From contig NW_027191413.1 of the NCBI RefSeq assembly GCF_041146345.1, positions 248,001-312,000 on the forward strand: a stretch of DNA of 64,000 bases, read 5' to 3'. The notes below the pieces were generated by a model. The model saw nothing but the letters and a program-made list of their open reading frames with translations, ran no database searches and was not told the origin of the DNA. Of the stretch, positions 1 through 12,822 are shown in pieces. The position numbers were made by a program, and so were the translations under genes. This DNA is from Neodothiora populina (taxonomy: Eukaryota). Positions within the stretch are counted from its first letter, which is position 1, and each line of letters opens with the position of its first letter.

Positions 1-426
1 GTGCTGTTTATCTAGATCAGGGAAGTAGACGCTTGCAGATGCTTGTTCGGGTAGACATGGACAGTATCGAGTGATCTTATAAGATTGACGAGTGATACAT
101 TCAGATATACGCTGTACAATCATATATTGTGGTTTCAATGAATGGTGAGTGTAGTAGAGGTGCTGATGATAGATGTAACCCAATCACATGACGCTAGTGA
201 TTGCTTGCCGATGCACGGGCCCGATTTAGTGCAAGTCAGAAAGTGGCAGTCGCATTTTGGGTCTCGCGTTTGTCATCTTGTGTTGGAATCTTTACTCCAC
301 TTTCTCCTTCTCCCATCATCAATCCTGAACTTAGTGAACTTCTGAGAAATCCAGACATCTGTGATCTGTTGTATTGCCGAGACGCCGAGCTTGTGCAAAG
401 ACGTAAAGCTTCCCGACAAGGTCATC

Positions 427-2048
427 ATGGCGTCTGCAGGATGGCCTCACACGACCGCTCCAGGCGTGACAAAGGGTTCGTACAATGCGATTTATCTTTA
501 TTCAAGGCACTTATTGACAAAGACTCAGGAGGTCCCTCGTATACTCCTGTCACAGCGCGTCGAACCCTTGCCAGACCCGAACCGCCAGAACCGCCTCCAA
601 CCACAAAAGCAGTGAAGATAGACTGGCCGCAGCCCGTGCGCGAATACGTAGGAAGGGCCTTTGCAATTGACAAGCCCATCCCTGGAATAGACAGGGCCGA
701 CATTGCTACTAAACTCAAGAGTATCATCACCAACGCCGCCGAGAACAACCAACTATTCACCATAGACTGGCCAAACCATCCCCTGCCCCAGGACGTAATT
801 CGACAGGAGAGAGCACTAGCCCAGCAGTTTTCCGCTGCAGCGACCATCGCAAGTGGCAGTCCGATGTCACCGGCTTCCAAAAAGCGCAAGTCCATGGACG
901 TCGAATCGCAGGATGCCGTTGCTGCTGCCGCTGCTGCAACTGTGCCCCCTTGGAGACAAAAGTCTACCGCAAATCTCGCCGAACGCATGACCTATCCGGA
1001 CAGGACCACGGACAAACGTCAGAAGAAAGCAGACCAATTTCGATCCGGAGCCGCGACAAGTAAGTTGAGCGATTTAGAAAAGCGGAAGCAGCGTTTCGAT
1101 CTTGGCAACTCCGGTGGTACTTCATCTCCTAATAATGCATCATCTCGTGACGACTCTCCTATGCCTGATGCCAGAAATGGTCCTGTTGTGGGTACTTGCC
1201 AGAAGCTGGAGAAGAGCTATCTCCGCCTCACCGCACCACCCAAACCCGAGACTGTTCGCCCTTTGCCCATTCTGAAGCAGACGCTCGGGATGTTGATCAA
1301 GAAGTGGAAGGACGAGCACAATTATGGATACATCTGCGACCAGTTCAAGTCGTTGAGGCAAGATCTCACAGTACAGCATATCAAGACAGAGTTCACTGTT
1401 CGCGTATACGAAGCCCATGCTAGGATAGCTTTAGAAAAGGGTGATGTGGGTGAGTATAATCAGTGCCAGACGCAACTCCGCGCACTTCACAAGCAGAAGC
1501 TGGGAGGATGCCCTGGCGAGTTCACAGCGTACCGCATTCTCTATTTCATATATACATGCAACCGAACAGGCATGAACGATGTCTTGGCAGATCTGACAGC
1601 ACAGGACAAAGAGAACGCCGCGGTAAAGCACGCACTCCAGACCAGAACCGCGCTAGCAACAGGAAACTACCATAAATTTTTTAGGTTATTCAACGAAGCT
1701 CCTAACATGGGAGCTTACCTGATGGACATGTTTGTCGATCGGGAGAGACTCTCGGCGCTAGCAAAGATATGTCGGGCGTAAGTGCTGTTCTCTGCCACAC
1801 ATAACGAATTACTCATGCTGACGCACCATCGCAGGTTCAAGCCAGATGTCCGAGTCGATTACCTCACAGAGGAATTCGCATTTGCAAATGACCAGCAGTG
1901 CGCACAATTCATTTGTGACTACGGCGGTCAGCAACTCCTCGAACAAAAGCCAGATGGTGTACGATTTGCTTGCGGCAAAGCCGGCAATCATTTTGACATA
2001 GCCAAACAGCAGGCTTTCCGTGGGGTGGATATCAAGGGCCAGATATGA
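427..2048 (+). CDS. THP3: SAC3/GANP/THP3 family protein (Thp3/LENG8-like); exons 427-475, 529-1777, 1835-2048
   Basis: Contains VVGTCQKLEKSYLRLTAPPKPETVRP, YICDQFKSLRQDLTVQH, YEAHARIALEKGDVGEYNQCQTQL and the C-terminus VDIKGQI. Introns GTTCGT..CAG (476-528) and GTAAGT..CAG (1778-1834) join the frames. Confidence 0.88.
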
Positions 2049-3918
2049 TCACTCCGATCCGATCTTCTTTCCATTCACCGCCCGGCTGCATGCCGGGGCA
2101 TGATAGTTCGTAGCTTCATGTCTCCGTTGCAGACGCCAATCCCCTATTGCCCTGACTTGACGACAGATCGATCTGCGAAACACGACTTGAGGTCTGTCGA
2201 CAGATTGCATCGTCTATGATATGACATATTTCCTGTGCTTATACATGTTTTTGCCATGAAGGGGACCAGATCATGGTCTGGAATGCCAGCATTGGCCGCA
2301 GCAGTAGTCCGCCGACGAATTTGGCTCCAAACATCGGACCAAATTTGGTCCAGTATAAGCGGTTGGGCGCATGTTATGAAGAAAGGGCAATGGGGCCTGA
2401 GGTCTGGATGCACTACATATGTTGCATAGCATTAGATGTGGCGATTTGACCTACAAGTGCTGAACGACTTGGAGACAGACGAACAGGCAAGGGTATAGTA
2501 TCAGAGTGTCCAAGAACCTGTCTTGTGGGACTGGGGGCAGCACTTTCGACGTCGGGATCACTAGTTCTACCGCATTAGGCAGATCGGTATGCCACGTTTG
2601 GCGGGCAGATCTTAGCACATTTCGGGCAGTAATATGTGGAGTCCGAGTGTGATGATATGTTGCCGACCTGCCTTAGTCGACTGCTCATATAGGGCAGAAG
2701 TAAAGATTAATGATCAGTTACACTTTCTTCAAGTTGACAATCAATTCTGATTTTCATTTCCCGAGGTTGCAATCAGCATTAGCCTGACATGTTTGTGTCA
2801 GAGCCATGATCAAGAGGGGTACAGAACAAGCGCTGATTGTGCCCAATTACTGTTCAAGAAGTCGAGGTAGCTATATCGGGCGCAAGCGGACAGGCGGGCC
2901 CCACTAAATGGTCGGCTCAGGAGAAAAAGGTTCACGACAGACAGGCCGTCGCATACCATTCGATTCGCTGGTTGGGACTGTAGAAACGCCCTCCAAGGTC
3001 AGACATGCATTGTCGCAAATATAGGCGAAAGTCCAAGGGAAAATGTCGAGTGTATACGCGTTGATATGTCAGACGATCTTCTTTGTCCTTTGACTCAGCA
3101 GCAGAGAGCGATTGGCGGACATCGGGATTTTATCGATCAATAGCTACCTCTTTGGGTGGTACAGTAGGACAAAGGCCACGCATGCGGCAATTGTTTGTGC
3201 CCACTGCGCCTCCATTCTGAATTTAAAGAGCAAGCACAATAGGAAAGCAGGCAGATGATCCATAATTTCACAGCTGAAAGATATATTCAGGTCCGCCGTC
3301 GACACGAAACTCGAAGACTTTCTGATACCACTGTTTCCAAGACACGACTGCACTATACGACTGCGCATAGTCAACAAGCGTAGAATAGAAGAGAAAGGCG
3401 CCAGGGAGTTTACTGCATCGAAGGGGGGCGGAGAGTTTCATGACCGGGACACACTAGGCAAAGCCAAAAGCACTGGCCCTGATCACGGCGGCCCCCATCA
3501 ACAAGTGGAGTTGGTTTCACAGTGCTAGTACAGTACGGTACAGTAGTACTGGCGAGTGGGAGGGGGTTCGAAGTGGGCGCATCCGGAGGGTTATCATCCT
3601 TGCATGTCATACGAGGCGCGGAAAGCGTTTCTTAGGCATTGTTCGCAAAAGTCTGTCCTCAAGTCGCGATCGTTGTCAGTCTGTCGCAGAAAAGCGGTTT
3701 CTCCTTTCTTCGAGATTACACCCGAACAAAGGAATCCCGAGTGAGTCAGTCGCGCAGTCCGGAAAAGTAGAATACAGAAAGTCGCCCATTCCACACGACA
3801 TCATCTCCGCCGCTCTCTTCGGTCATCGTCGGTGGGACATCAACAAAAGGGCAACAAGAGTCGCGCATCCCCCGCTTTAGCAACTATCAGATCGCCCGAG
3901 ACTCCATCATCCGCCATC

Positions 3919-6181
3919 ATGGTCAAGGTGTGTATTGTTCTGGTACTTCACGTACCGTCGCGCAATCTATCTAATCCTCTCTATATAGTTCCGGCGAAGT
4001 TTGAAAAGCGTAGACAGAGGAATCGCTTCCGCAGCATTGGATACGACGCGGCATCATCATCACTCGGTCCCCGTCCCATCCAAGCAAGCGCCATTAAAGG
4101 TAATTCCACAGCGCGGCCCCAGCACTTGAATTATATACATTTCATATACCTTATACCACTGCAATTTTAAAAGGGGATTTCACGAGCCCGCAAGACACTT
4201 GGGCGCATTAAAACAATAAGGCTGGTGGCTGACTATTGAATCTTACTTGGCTTCCTTACAGGTCATCAAGGCGCTTTACGACTACGAGGCACCGGCGGAT
4301 CAAACATTCCAGCTGTCATTTGTCGCAGGCGATTACCTGCATGTTGTGGGTAGAGAACACGACACCGAGTGGTACGAGGCCTGCAATCCGCTGCAGGGTT
4401 CGCGAGGACTGGTGCCGGTCAGCTTCTTCGAACAGGTTGGAAGGACGGTGAGGGACAGTCACGGGTCGCAGAGCACGAGGGGAAGTGGAAACCACGACAG
4501 CGGCTATTCGGAGAGGATTCACGCTGCCAGCGCCTCTGTAGGCGGTAATTCGGATTCTTCCAGGATGAGCAGGACCGCGGGCAAGGGCGCGCCGCCGGTC
4601 TACGGTGTCGTGGCATATGATTTCAAGGCCGAGAGACCCGACGAGCTGGATGCCAAGGAGGGAGAGGCCATCATTGTCATTGCGCAATCCAACCCGGAGT
4701 GGTTTGTCGCGAAGCCCATCACGCGCCTTGGTGGACCAGGACTAATTCCCGTGTCCTTTATCGAGATCAAAGACATGCAAACCGGGCAGACCATTACCGA
4801 CACCGCCGCCGCTGTCGCGAAAGCAGGCATCCCGCGCGTTGAGGAGTGGAAGAAGATGGCAGCCGAATACAAGAACACCAGTATCCCACTGGGCCAGATA
4901 GGCTCAGGACCGCAGGGACACATGGACGCGTTGTCCCAAGGAATGGACAGGATGAGTATGAATGGGCAGCAGAATGGGTACGCTCACGGACGCTCGCAAT
5001 CGACATTCTCTCGCGCAGGTTCCATGTCGCATTACCCGCTTGCGCCAATTCATGCATCGGTCCCTCGTTATCTCTACGCAGATGACAAGTTTCATTTCGT
5101 GGTCGAGGCGAAATTGTCTGACAACTCTCACTGGGACTTGACGAGAATCTACGAGGACTTTTACGAATTACAAATCAACCTCATCAAGGCCTTCCCGGAT
5201 GAAGCAGGAAACACTGGTCGACCGCGCACGTTACCGTTGATGCCCGGTCCGGTGCAGACAGTCACAGATCGCATCACCGAAGGCCGCCGCGAGAACCTTG
5301 ACGAGTATCTGTATAAGCTATTGAATCTAGGTTCTCACATCGTCAACAGCCCCCTTGTGCGCACCTTCTTCGCACCGAGAGGAAACGACTACGAATGCGA
5401 CTCTACTCAGATCCTAGAAGAACACGCGCGATCGGCATATGCACCAGGCGGCGAACACTACAATCCGCAAGACCGCTACTCGACGGCCTCGCATGCTTCG
5501 ATTCCCGTGTCAATAGCAACAACAAACACTGCGAACCCCTACGCGCAACATCAACGAGGGCAGAGCTCAGTAAGTGTGGGTGGAGGCGGCTACGGGAGCA
5601 CACCGAGCACCCGGACACCGACCGCACAGTCACACTATCGCGTACCCTCAGACGCAACATACACGACCACGCACACAGCGCTAGCAGCACCAGCCATGAC
5701 GCGAGCAACTACGCAAACATCAACAGCATCAGCAGCAGCTACAACATCAGGAAGCGCACTAAAGATCAAAGTGTGGTTCGATCGAGATACGTGTGTAGTC
5801 CTGCGTCTACCGCCGCGCGGTTCCTTCTCATTCGCAGACCTACACCGCAAGATCATGGAAAGGCGACGACTAGAATACAACCAACCGGACCTGACAAAGT
5901 CACGCACAAACCGCAGCAGCGCCGGCACATCAGCCCACACGGCCAACGACGACGCTTCAGCAGACGAGACCGCCGACGACGAAGACCTCACAGAAGAAGA
6001 ATTGGAAGCAAAACTCGAGGAGGAGAGACGAATTCGCGAGGAAGAAGAGGGTTTGTGGATCGAGTATCGAGATGAGATCTCGGGAGACTATCTGCCGTTT
6101 CGAAGTGATGAGGACCTCGGGGATGCGGTCAGCAGGTGTGAGAAGTTGACCCTTGTCGTGCGGGCTCCTGTCGAAGGCTGA
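3919..6181 (+). CDS. BEM1: Polarity scaffold Bem1/Scd2 (SH3-SH3-PX-PB1); exons 3919-3927, 3989-4099, 4262-6181
   Basis: SH3 motifs ALYDY..WYEACNP..GLVPVSFF and VAYDFKAERPDEL..GGPGLIPVSFI; PX segment LTRIYEDFYELQINL..LPLMPGP; PB1-like LKIKVWF..IEYRDE. Spliced N-terminus reads MVKFRRSLK...PLK|VIKALYDY. Confidence 0.92.
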
Positions 6182-7208
6182 TCTTGTGTCTCTTTTTCCT
6201 CTTCCTCCCATCAGTCTGACTGCATGAGAGGGTCTCACCCAGAGAAGGCAGGAGTGCGCGTGAGTAGAGAATAGCAACACTGACTTTTTGTTCTCTTTCC
6301 ATATTTGTCTTGTCTGCCTCTTTTTTTCTTTCTTTTGTGTTTTCTCTCCTTTGCGTACCTACTTGATGCGACATACGACATTTTTTCCTGCGTGCTTGCT
6401 TCGTTCTGCCGGTTAGGTCAACTCAGGTCATCCCAGGTCAGGTCTCTTTCCTTTTTTTCTTTCAACCTCCCATTCTTGCGACTACATAGCCATCGGCCAA
6501 AAAATCCCTTTGTTCTTGTTCTCAGCAATCGACGGGCTCATCTTCTTTGTCGGTATCTTTCTGTTCACTTGCCTATAGTTCTGCATTCTTCTCCATAAAT
6601 GGGTTTTCCGATTCCCTTCTGCAGTCAGATGAGGTCAAGTCAGGTCATGGCCTCGTCCTTTTTCTCCTTCCATGGGTTTCCTCGAAGATATAGTGTCATC
6701 TAGACAACAATATCCATCGGCATCATTGTCTTCGCCAGGGCCCTTCTTTATCCCATGCATTTCCCCAGAACATTTCTGCTTCTCTTTCTGATACCCGTGT
6801 ATGAGGTTCCGAGTCCGCGTCGCTTCTGTAAGTATTCGTCTCTGTCTCCGGACACCTGTGAACAGCGGGGGCGTGGGATGTAACACAATGAGATAGCTGA
6901 AGGTGTTTAGGAGGTGAAAGGTAACAGTAGGTATGGATTGTGTATATGTGTTCTTCTATCTTTTCTTGTTCCTGAACTTCTTCGTTCTCTCTGTCGCCCT
7001 TTTTCCTTCCTCTATCCAGCTTCCAGAATGGGAAAAAGAAGCTGCTTGCTCTCCATTCACCTGTGACTTTATCGCTGCATCTTAGTTCTTCGAATAGATT
7101 TAGAAAAGAAGAGTCGTCAGAGGTTTCGGAAAGAGGGCAGTTCATAGGACAAAAAAAAAGGCAAGAAGCGGACCAAAGAATAGCAACAAGGCAAAACCGA
7201 CAAAAACC

Positions 7209-9082
7209 TCAAGAGTTCAGATAACTCCTGATAGCGCCCTGCAATTTGTTCGCGCCCTCGCCCAACAGACTGCTCAGATTCTCCAGGTCATCGCCAGCAG
7301 TGATTCCAAACTTGCGCACAAAGTCCTTTGCCGCGGTCTCGAGGTCGCCGTATTCGCCTTCGGGCATCTCGTCTTCGGGACGGCCGAAGTAGGCGTTGCT
7401 CGAGATGGATTGCGCGCCCTCGAAGCCTTGGAGGCGCGAACGTGCTTCGTTCTGGGCGGACGGGTCGAATGCGGCGCGGCCGAAGAACTCGTCTGAGGAG
7501 ATGCCCTTTTGGCTGGCGAATTTCTCGCGCGCATATGTTTGAGAGTCATCTGAAACAAGCTGTCAGTATCCTCTACATTATCCAATGGACCAAGGTCAGA
7601 TATCATACCTTCGACTGGCGCCTTGGCTACTGATCCGAATCCCATCTTCTTTGGTGCTGCGGCACTACTGCCGGCGGGCGAACCACCTCCGACTTGACCG
7701 AACCCAAGCTTGCGCACGCCCATGCCCAGTCGCTCCATGTCGCCGTCGCTGTGCTGAGGTCCCTTGGCGGTACTGCCGAAGCCACCTGGGCGAGCAGGAG
7801 ATAGTGGAGTGGGCGACACGATCGAGGAAGCCTCTGCAGGCTGCGCGGACTTTGTATGTGTTTCTGATGCCGCTGCCTCGGCCTCTGGGTCGTAGCCCAA
7901 CTTCGCGACACGCTCGGCCTCTTCCTTTGCCTTGCGCTCTGCAGCCTCGAAATCGAGAGCGCTGGCATCGATCTTCTTGGCTCCGAGCTTGGTCTTCTTC
8001 GCGCCTAGGATGTTCTTCTTTGCGCCCGTGGTGCCGGCGGGCTTTCTAGCAGCGGCTGGGATGGCACGAGCGGCAGGAGCAGCAGGGCCGGTGGCTTCGC
8101 CCGAACCGGCCAAGGGTGACTTTGTGCGTGCGATTCCGTTTCCATTCGCCGCGGCGTTCGCATTCAGGAAGGGCGAGTTCGTTCGACTGATGTTGGAGGG
8201 TGTGCCAGTGCGCGATGGAGGATTGCTGGGTCGCTTGATTGCGGGCTTGTCCCATGAAGAAAAGAAGTCGTCCTCGTCAGCGGGAGTGTTGGTGCCGCTC
8301 GTGCCCTCCTCTTCGACGGCATCCGTGATGGTCACTTCCTCGGGGTATCTATATTGTATCAGCGCATGTTTCTAGGCCGACTGGAAAAGCGTACAGTTTG
8401 GCATCGGCAGCGCATCTCCTGGCCAACTCTTCCTTGTACTTGACGGCAGCGTTGGATGTGTATTTGGTCTTGGGGTCTTTGCTCGCGAGCGCAGCTGATC
8501 CACCATGCGTTTGGAAGTATCTCGTCGCCGACTCATTTCCGCCAACCTTCATGTTTCGTAGTTGCTCCCATTGCCAGATGTCGAGGTTGGTGGATCGGAC
8601 AAAGGAGATGTGCACTCCTAGGTTTCTGCTACCTGTCAACTACTGTCCTCGTGCTGCATTCCGAACCCGCCATCAAGGCTACAGATAGAGGGTGAGGAAA
8701 AGCCTGATCGCGAATGCACAAGGACAATCGCTTCGAGAGAAACATACCTGTGGTTCGCAGAGCAGTCGAGACATAGATAGATGGCGAAACTGTGTTATTG
8801 TCTTAGTTATTGACCATAAAGTGATGTTGCATTATGCGCTTACGGTACGGATGACCATGTGGGATTCTTTGCTGAACAATCAAAGCATACCTTGATCGTA
8901 ACAGTCAGTTTGAGATCATCTGAGGGGTAAGTGGCGTGGCGAGTGGCATTATGGATTATGTGGTATATGGAGTGTTGCTTCCGTGCTAGGAGGGGAGGGT
9001 ATGTTGGGCGTACCTTGTTCGCGGGCTTCTGCTTCAACTTTTCGAATATCTTCTGCGACTGAGTCTTGGTCGCCAGCGCCAT
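7209..9082 (-). CDS. GLO3: ARF GTPase-activating protein, Glo3/ArfGAP2-3 type; about 6 exons
   Basis: Zinc finger split across exons (CFDCSAKNPTWSSVP, IYLCLDCSANHR, NLGVHISFVRSTNLD..MKVGGN); Glo3 motifs KGISSDEFFG and SISSNAYFG in the last exon; stop TGA at 7211-7209. Confidence 0.9.
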
Positions 9083-9313
9083 GGTTGCGGGACTTGTTGT
9101 TCAACTGATTCGCGGGTGAATGGCGATATGGATAAGTATTTCGATATGAAGGGATACAATTGTTATTGAGCGCCTGCCCTCGCTGCTGCTGCTCCTGCCG
9201 TCTGTCCACCCCCGGACCCTCGATTTGACGCCGTGCCCGAATGTCTTGGCATTTCTCTGTTATTCCCCAAGTACCCAAGTACCCCACTCAAGGAGGTCAA
9301 CGGAGCTCTGCAG

Positions 9314-9339
9314 GGCAGGAGCAGGAGCAGGAGCAGGAG
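9314..9339. repeat. (GCAGGA)4 hexamer repeat in the GLO3/LrgAB divergent promoter
   Basis: Read directly. Confidence 0.85.
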
Positions 9340-9941
9340 CCGTGCAGCCCAGCAGCAAAGAAGGGGCTAAAGGAGGCTCTGGCGGGCATACAGCGGGAAG
9401 CAGCGACGCGGGTCCGACAACCTAATCTAGTAGCTTCCTACCACACTGCACTTTTACCTAAGCAGCACTAATTACATGAAGAATACTGTCGTGCAACGAT
9501 CTGCTGCTTGCACCGTACTATCGGCGACTCTAGAACTTCCATAGTGCTCACTCACTCAATCACAAGTGCCCTTGCAGGATCTGCCCTCGTGTCATGATTC
9601 TGTCTATCTGCCTTATGCTACGATAATCATCACTTATCACAATTATTATCAAGTGTATCTTGCCGGTGCCGGTAACGCAGGTCGAGTCGAGCACGGCTGC
9701 TTTGTTTGGGCTTATCCTCGCCGAGAGCCAAAATATTCGCGCGAGACACTTCTTGTCGTATTTCTTGCTACCTCAATTATTCTTATAGAAAACGAATGAC
9801 ATCGGGTCATGGCTGTCTCATTCTTACATATCCCTGACATATTTGGCTAAAGATCACACCACTGATTGACTCTGTAAGGTTTTTTGTTGCAAGCGATCCC
9901 GCCCAATTGACAGACTCGTTTGGACGATCGATACACAGCAC

Positions 9942-11860
9942 ATGCATGAAATGAAAGGCGGGTCTTCAGCCATTGCGAATGACTTCGCTCAAGCTCTTGT
10001 GCTCGTAGGCTTCTTCCCATCCAGCTTTTATGCCTACCATGCTCATAATTGCATAGGTTGCGAAGTCATCATGGCAAAGGGTGTTGATGGCTTGGATATA
10101 CGTTCCCCTCGGGCTTACATGCATTTTGGCCATATGCTTCGGAATCCATTCCCTCATATCAATCAGCTCCGTCTCATTTCCCGCCTCTGTCGCTGCCATG
10201 ATTGGACTATTTGTGCTTTTGATCCTCTCTCAAGTCACACTAGGTGATCGGAAAACGAAGCGCATCCTTGCCCTGATCGATATCCCGGTGAGAATACTGG
10301 TCCATTGTGCCGATAAGTATGTGTCTGACTTTATTCCATAGTGCGGCTTCGCCCTCCGTTATATCAATCTTTTTTTCTGTCCTGCCTTCGTCACTCTGCC
10401 ACTCAGTCCGTCGATCGGTGGAATCGAGGTTGCCAAGATCATAGCAGTGTTTAGTGAGTCACATCTTTCATCGATCTTGCTTGGGAAATCAGCTTACAAG
10501 CATAGTCATTGGATACGTTGTCGTGTTTGTCTTTACAGCTTACTTCGTGCGAGGCATGATCCTAGCTCTAGGTGTCTCCAGGCGAGCAACGACAGAGAGA
10601 GCAGAAGAAATGGGGGAGGAGCAAGATGATATCCCCTTGTCTGAGATCAAGCACGACTCTCCTTCACCCAAAGGCGATGGCACCATGACTCCGGATCCCT
10701 CGTTTCCGCCGACCCCGGCCGAACCGGTCGCTCCTGAGGGTCAGCCCCTCATTTCTCCGTTGAAACGACGACTAGAAGAACTACGTCCTCCGGGTAAGGC
10801 GATGGATCCTGACTCCGTGACCGGCACTGGAGGACCACCTGTAGCTGAAGTAACTGCGAATGCGCAAACCATCCATCCTCCGGTCCGTCACGACGCAGCC
10901 CCACTGACTCGACCTCAACGCTGGGCAGCCTTCATCACTGTCAATTTCGACATTCTCACTTATGCGGCTCTCTTCATCTTTGTTGGCATACCGATCTACT
11001 ATGCTGTCGGTTACGCGATGCCGATTCAGCTTTCCATGAACGTCATCTTCTTTTTTCTGGCTTTGAATATACCCCCTCCATACAAAACTTACCTTCACCC
11101 CGTCTTGGTGTCCTCTGCTTTCACTGTCGTTGGTGTGTGGATCCTGGCCCTCATCCGCACACACGATGGTGTCAACAGTCTCGATGACGGTCTAAGAGCC
11201 TACAAGACTGGCTCCAAGTACACCGAGCTCTGGGATATGGAGCAAGGCCTCAAGCCGCCTGGAGCCGGCGATTTTTTCGGAAGCGTCCTTGATGTCAGTA
11301 TCGTCGCTCTCGGACTTCCAATGTTCAAATATCGGAACGAGCTCAAGGCCCGGTACATGACGATCATAATCCCTAACGTAGTCGTTTCCATTGGATCTCT
11401 GTTCTTGTACCCACTTTTCTGCTATACTATTGGAATTTCTGGCCCAAGAAGTCTTGCTTTTGCTTCCAGGAGTCTCACGCTGGCACTTGCAACTCCTGCG
11501 ACAAAGAACCTTGGTGGTGACAGCTATACTATTGCTCCATTGGCACTGTTTAGTGGTATCGCTGGAGTCATTGTGGGACCAGCTGGGCTGAACTTGTTGC
11601 GCATACCGAGAGGTTTGTCTTCATCATTGTTTCCTATGGACCATGTACTGATATAGCTTGCTTCAGATGACTACATCACTCGTGGTGTCACACTAGGCGC
11701 CAATTCTTCTGCTGTGGCCACCGCATTGTTGTTAACCACCGATCCTAGAGCTGCGGCCTTTTCGAGTCTCAGCATGGGACTGCTAGGTACCATAACCGTA
11801 GCGTTGACCAGTGTACCACCACTTGTGACGATCATTCGCGGACTCGTCGGATTGAGCTAA
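9942..11860 (+). CDS. LrgA/CidA-LrgB/CidB fused multi-pass membrane protein (PLGG1-like); about 5 exons
   Basis: LrgA-like N-half (SFPASVAAM, LRYINLFFCPAFVTLP) and LrgB-like C-half (SIVALGLPMF, ASRSLTLALATP, RGVTLGANSSAVATA). Introns at 10005-10056, 10288-10341, from ~10454, and ~11612-11667. Confidence 0.8.
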
Positions 11861-12822
11861 AGCGTGTGCAAGCACCTACGATGTTTTCGACTCTATCGGT
11901 GATCTCACGCACGATTCGAATCTACCAGATCGGACGTTTGACGCTGCTCGCAGGACGGCAGACTCGCCTAGCCTACACGATCTGATGGCTACTGTCGACT
12001 AGATGAATGTAGCCCTGAAGGCTCTTCGGATCGTGATCCAAGGGCTGAAAGAAACTTCCACCGACGAAGAAGACCCACCCCAGATCATCGTTGACACATA
12101 AAACACGATGAGACGACCTCTCCCTCCGCCTTCCGATGGAAGGACGATGGTCGAGCAGTGCGTTGGTCTGACTCGGACCTCCTGGAACGGTCGGAATTAT
12201 GGATCCTGCTGTAAGATCGAGTGTTCGGCGCAACAACCATACCTCCTGCACTTGCCATGCACTTGGCCGACCATTGACCTTGCGGGATTAGGACTACACG
12301 AACAGGCGCTAAAGCGGACTGTGAATTTGGTGTTCACTCTTTGTGGCGACAAAGTTCTCGTCGTCCATCTACACGACACGAGCAGTGGTACCAAGCCACA
12401 GAGCCAGCAAATCCAAGTACTCGAGGCACAAGATAGAACGGCGAAAAAGATAGCGTTGTTTTATTATATGTACATCTGACAATAGACTCGTAAACCCCAC
12501 TTCTTTCTTTCTCTATTTTCACTGTATGAAAATTCGGAAAGGCGCTGTCGGATACTCGTGGACTACTTGATGAGATGGAAGAAAAGACCAAGGAGAAGAT
12601 CGAGATGATCGCAAATGCCGCAAAAATGACAAGATGATAAAATGATGAAGATTAGAACAGGATAAGCAGGAGCGAGGGCTAGTGAAGAAAGGGACGAAGA
12701 AGCGCGTAATGAAGGAAAAGTCAAGGTAATGAAGGGAAAAGAAGGGCAGACGACAGCTTCTCTCCAGGATCCAGCCTAGAAACAGCTCTCTCCCCTCTCG
12801 GTGGAGTCTTCCCTCCACTACC

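Noticed and set aside
201..426. TTG-initiated N-terminal extension of the Thp3 ORF
   Set aside because: A spliced model from ATG 427 with an intron at 476-528 explains the gene better.
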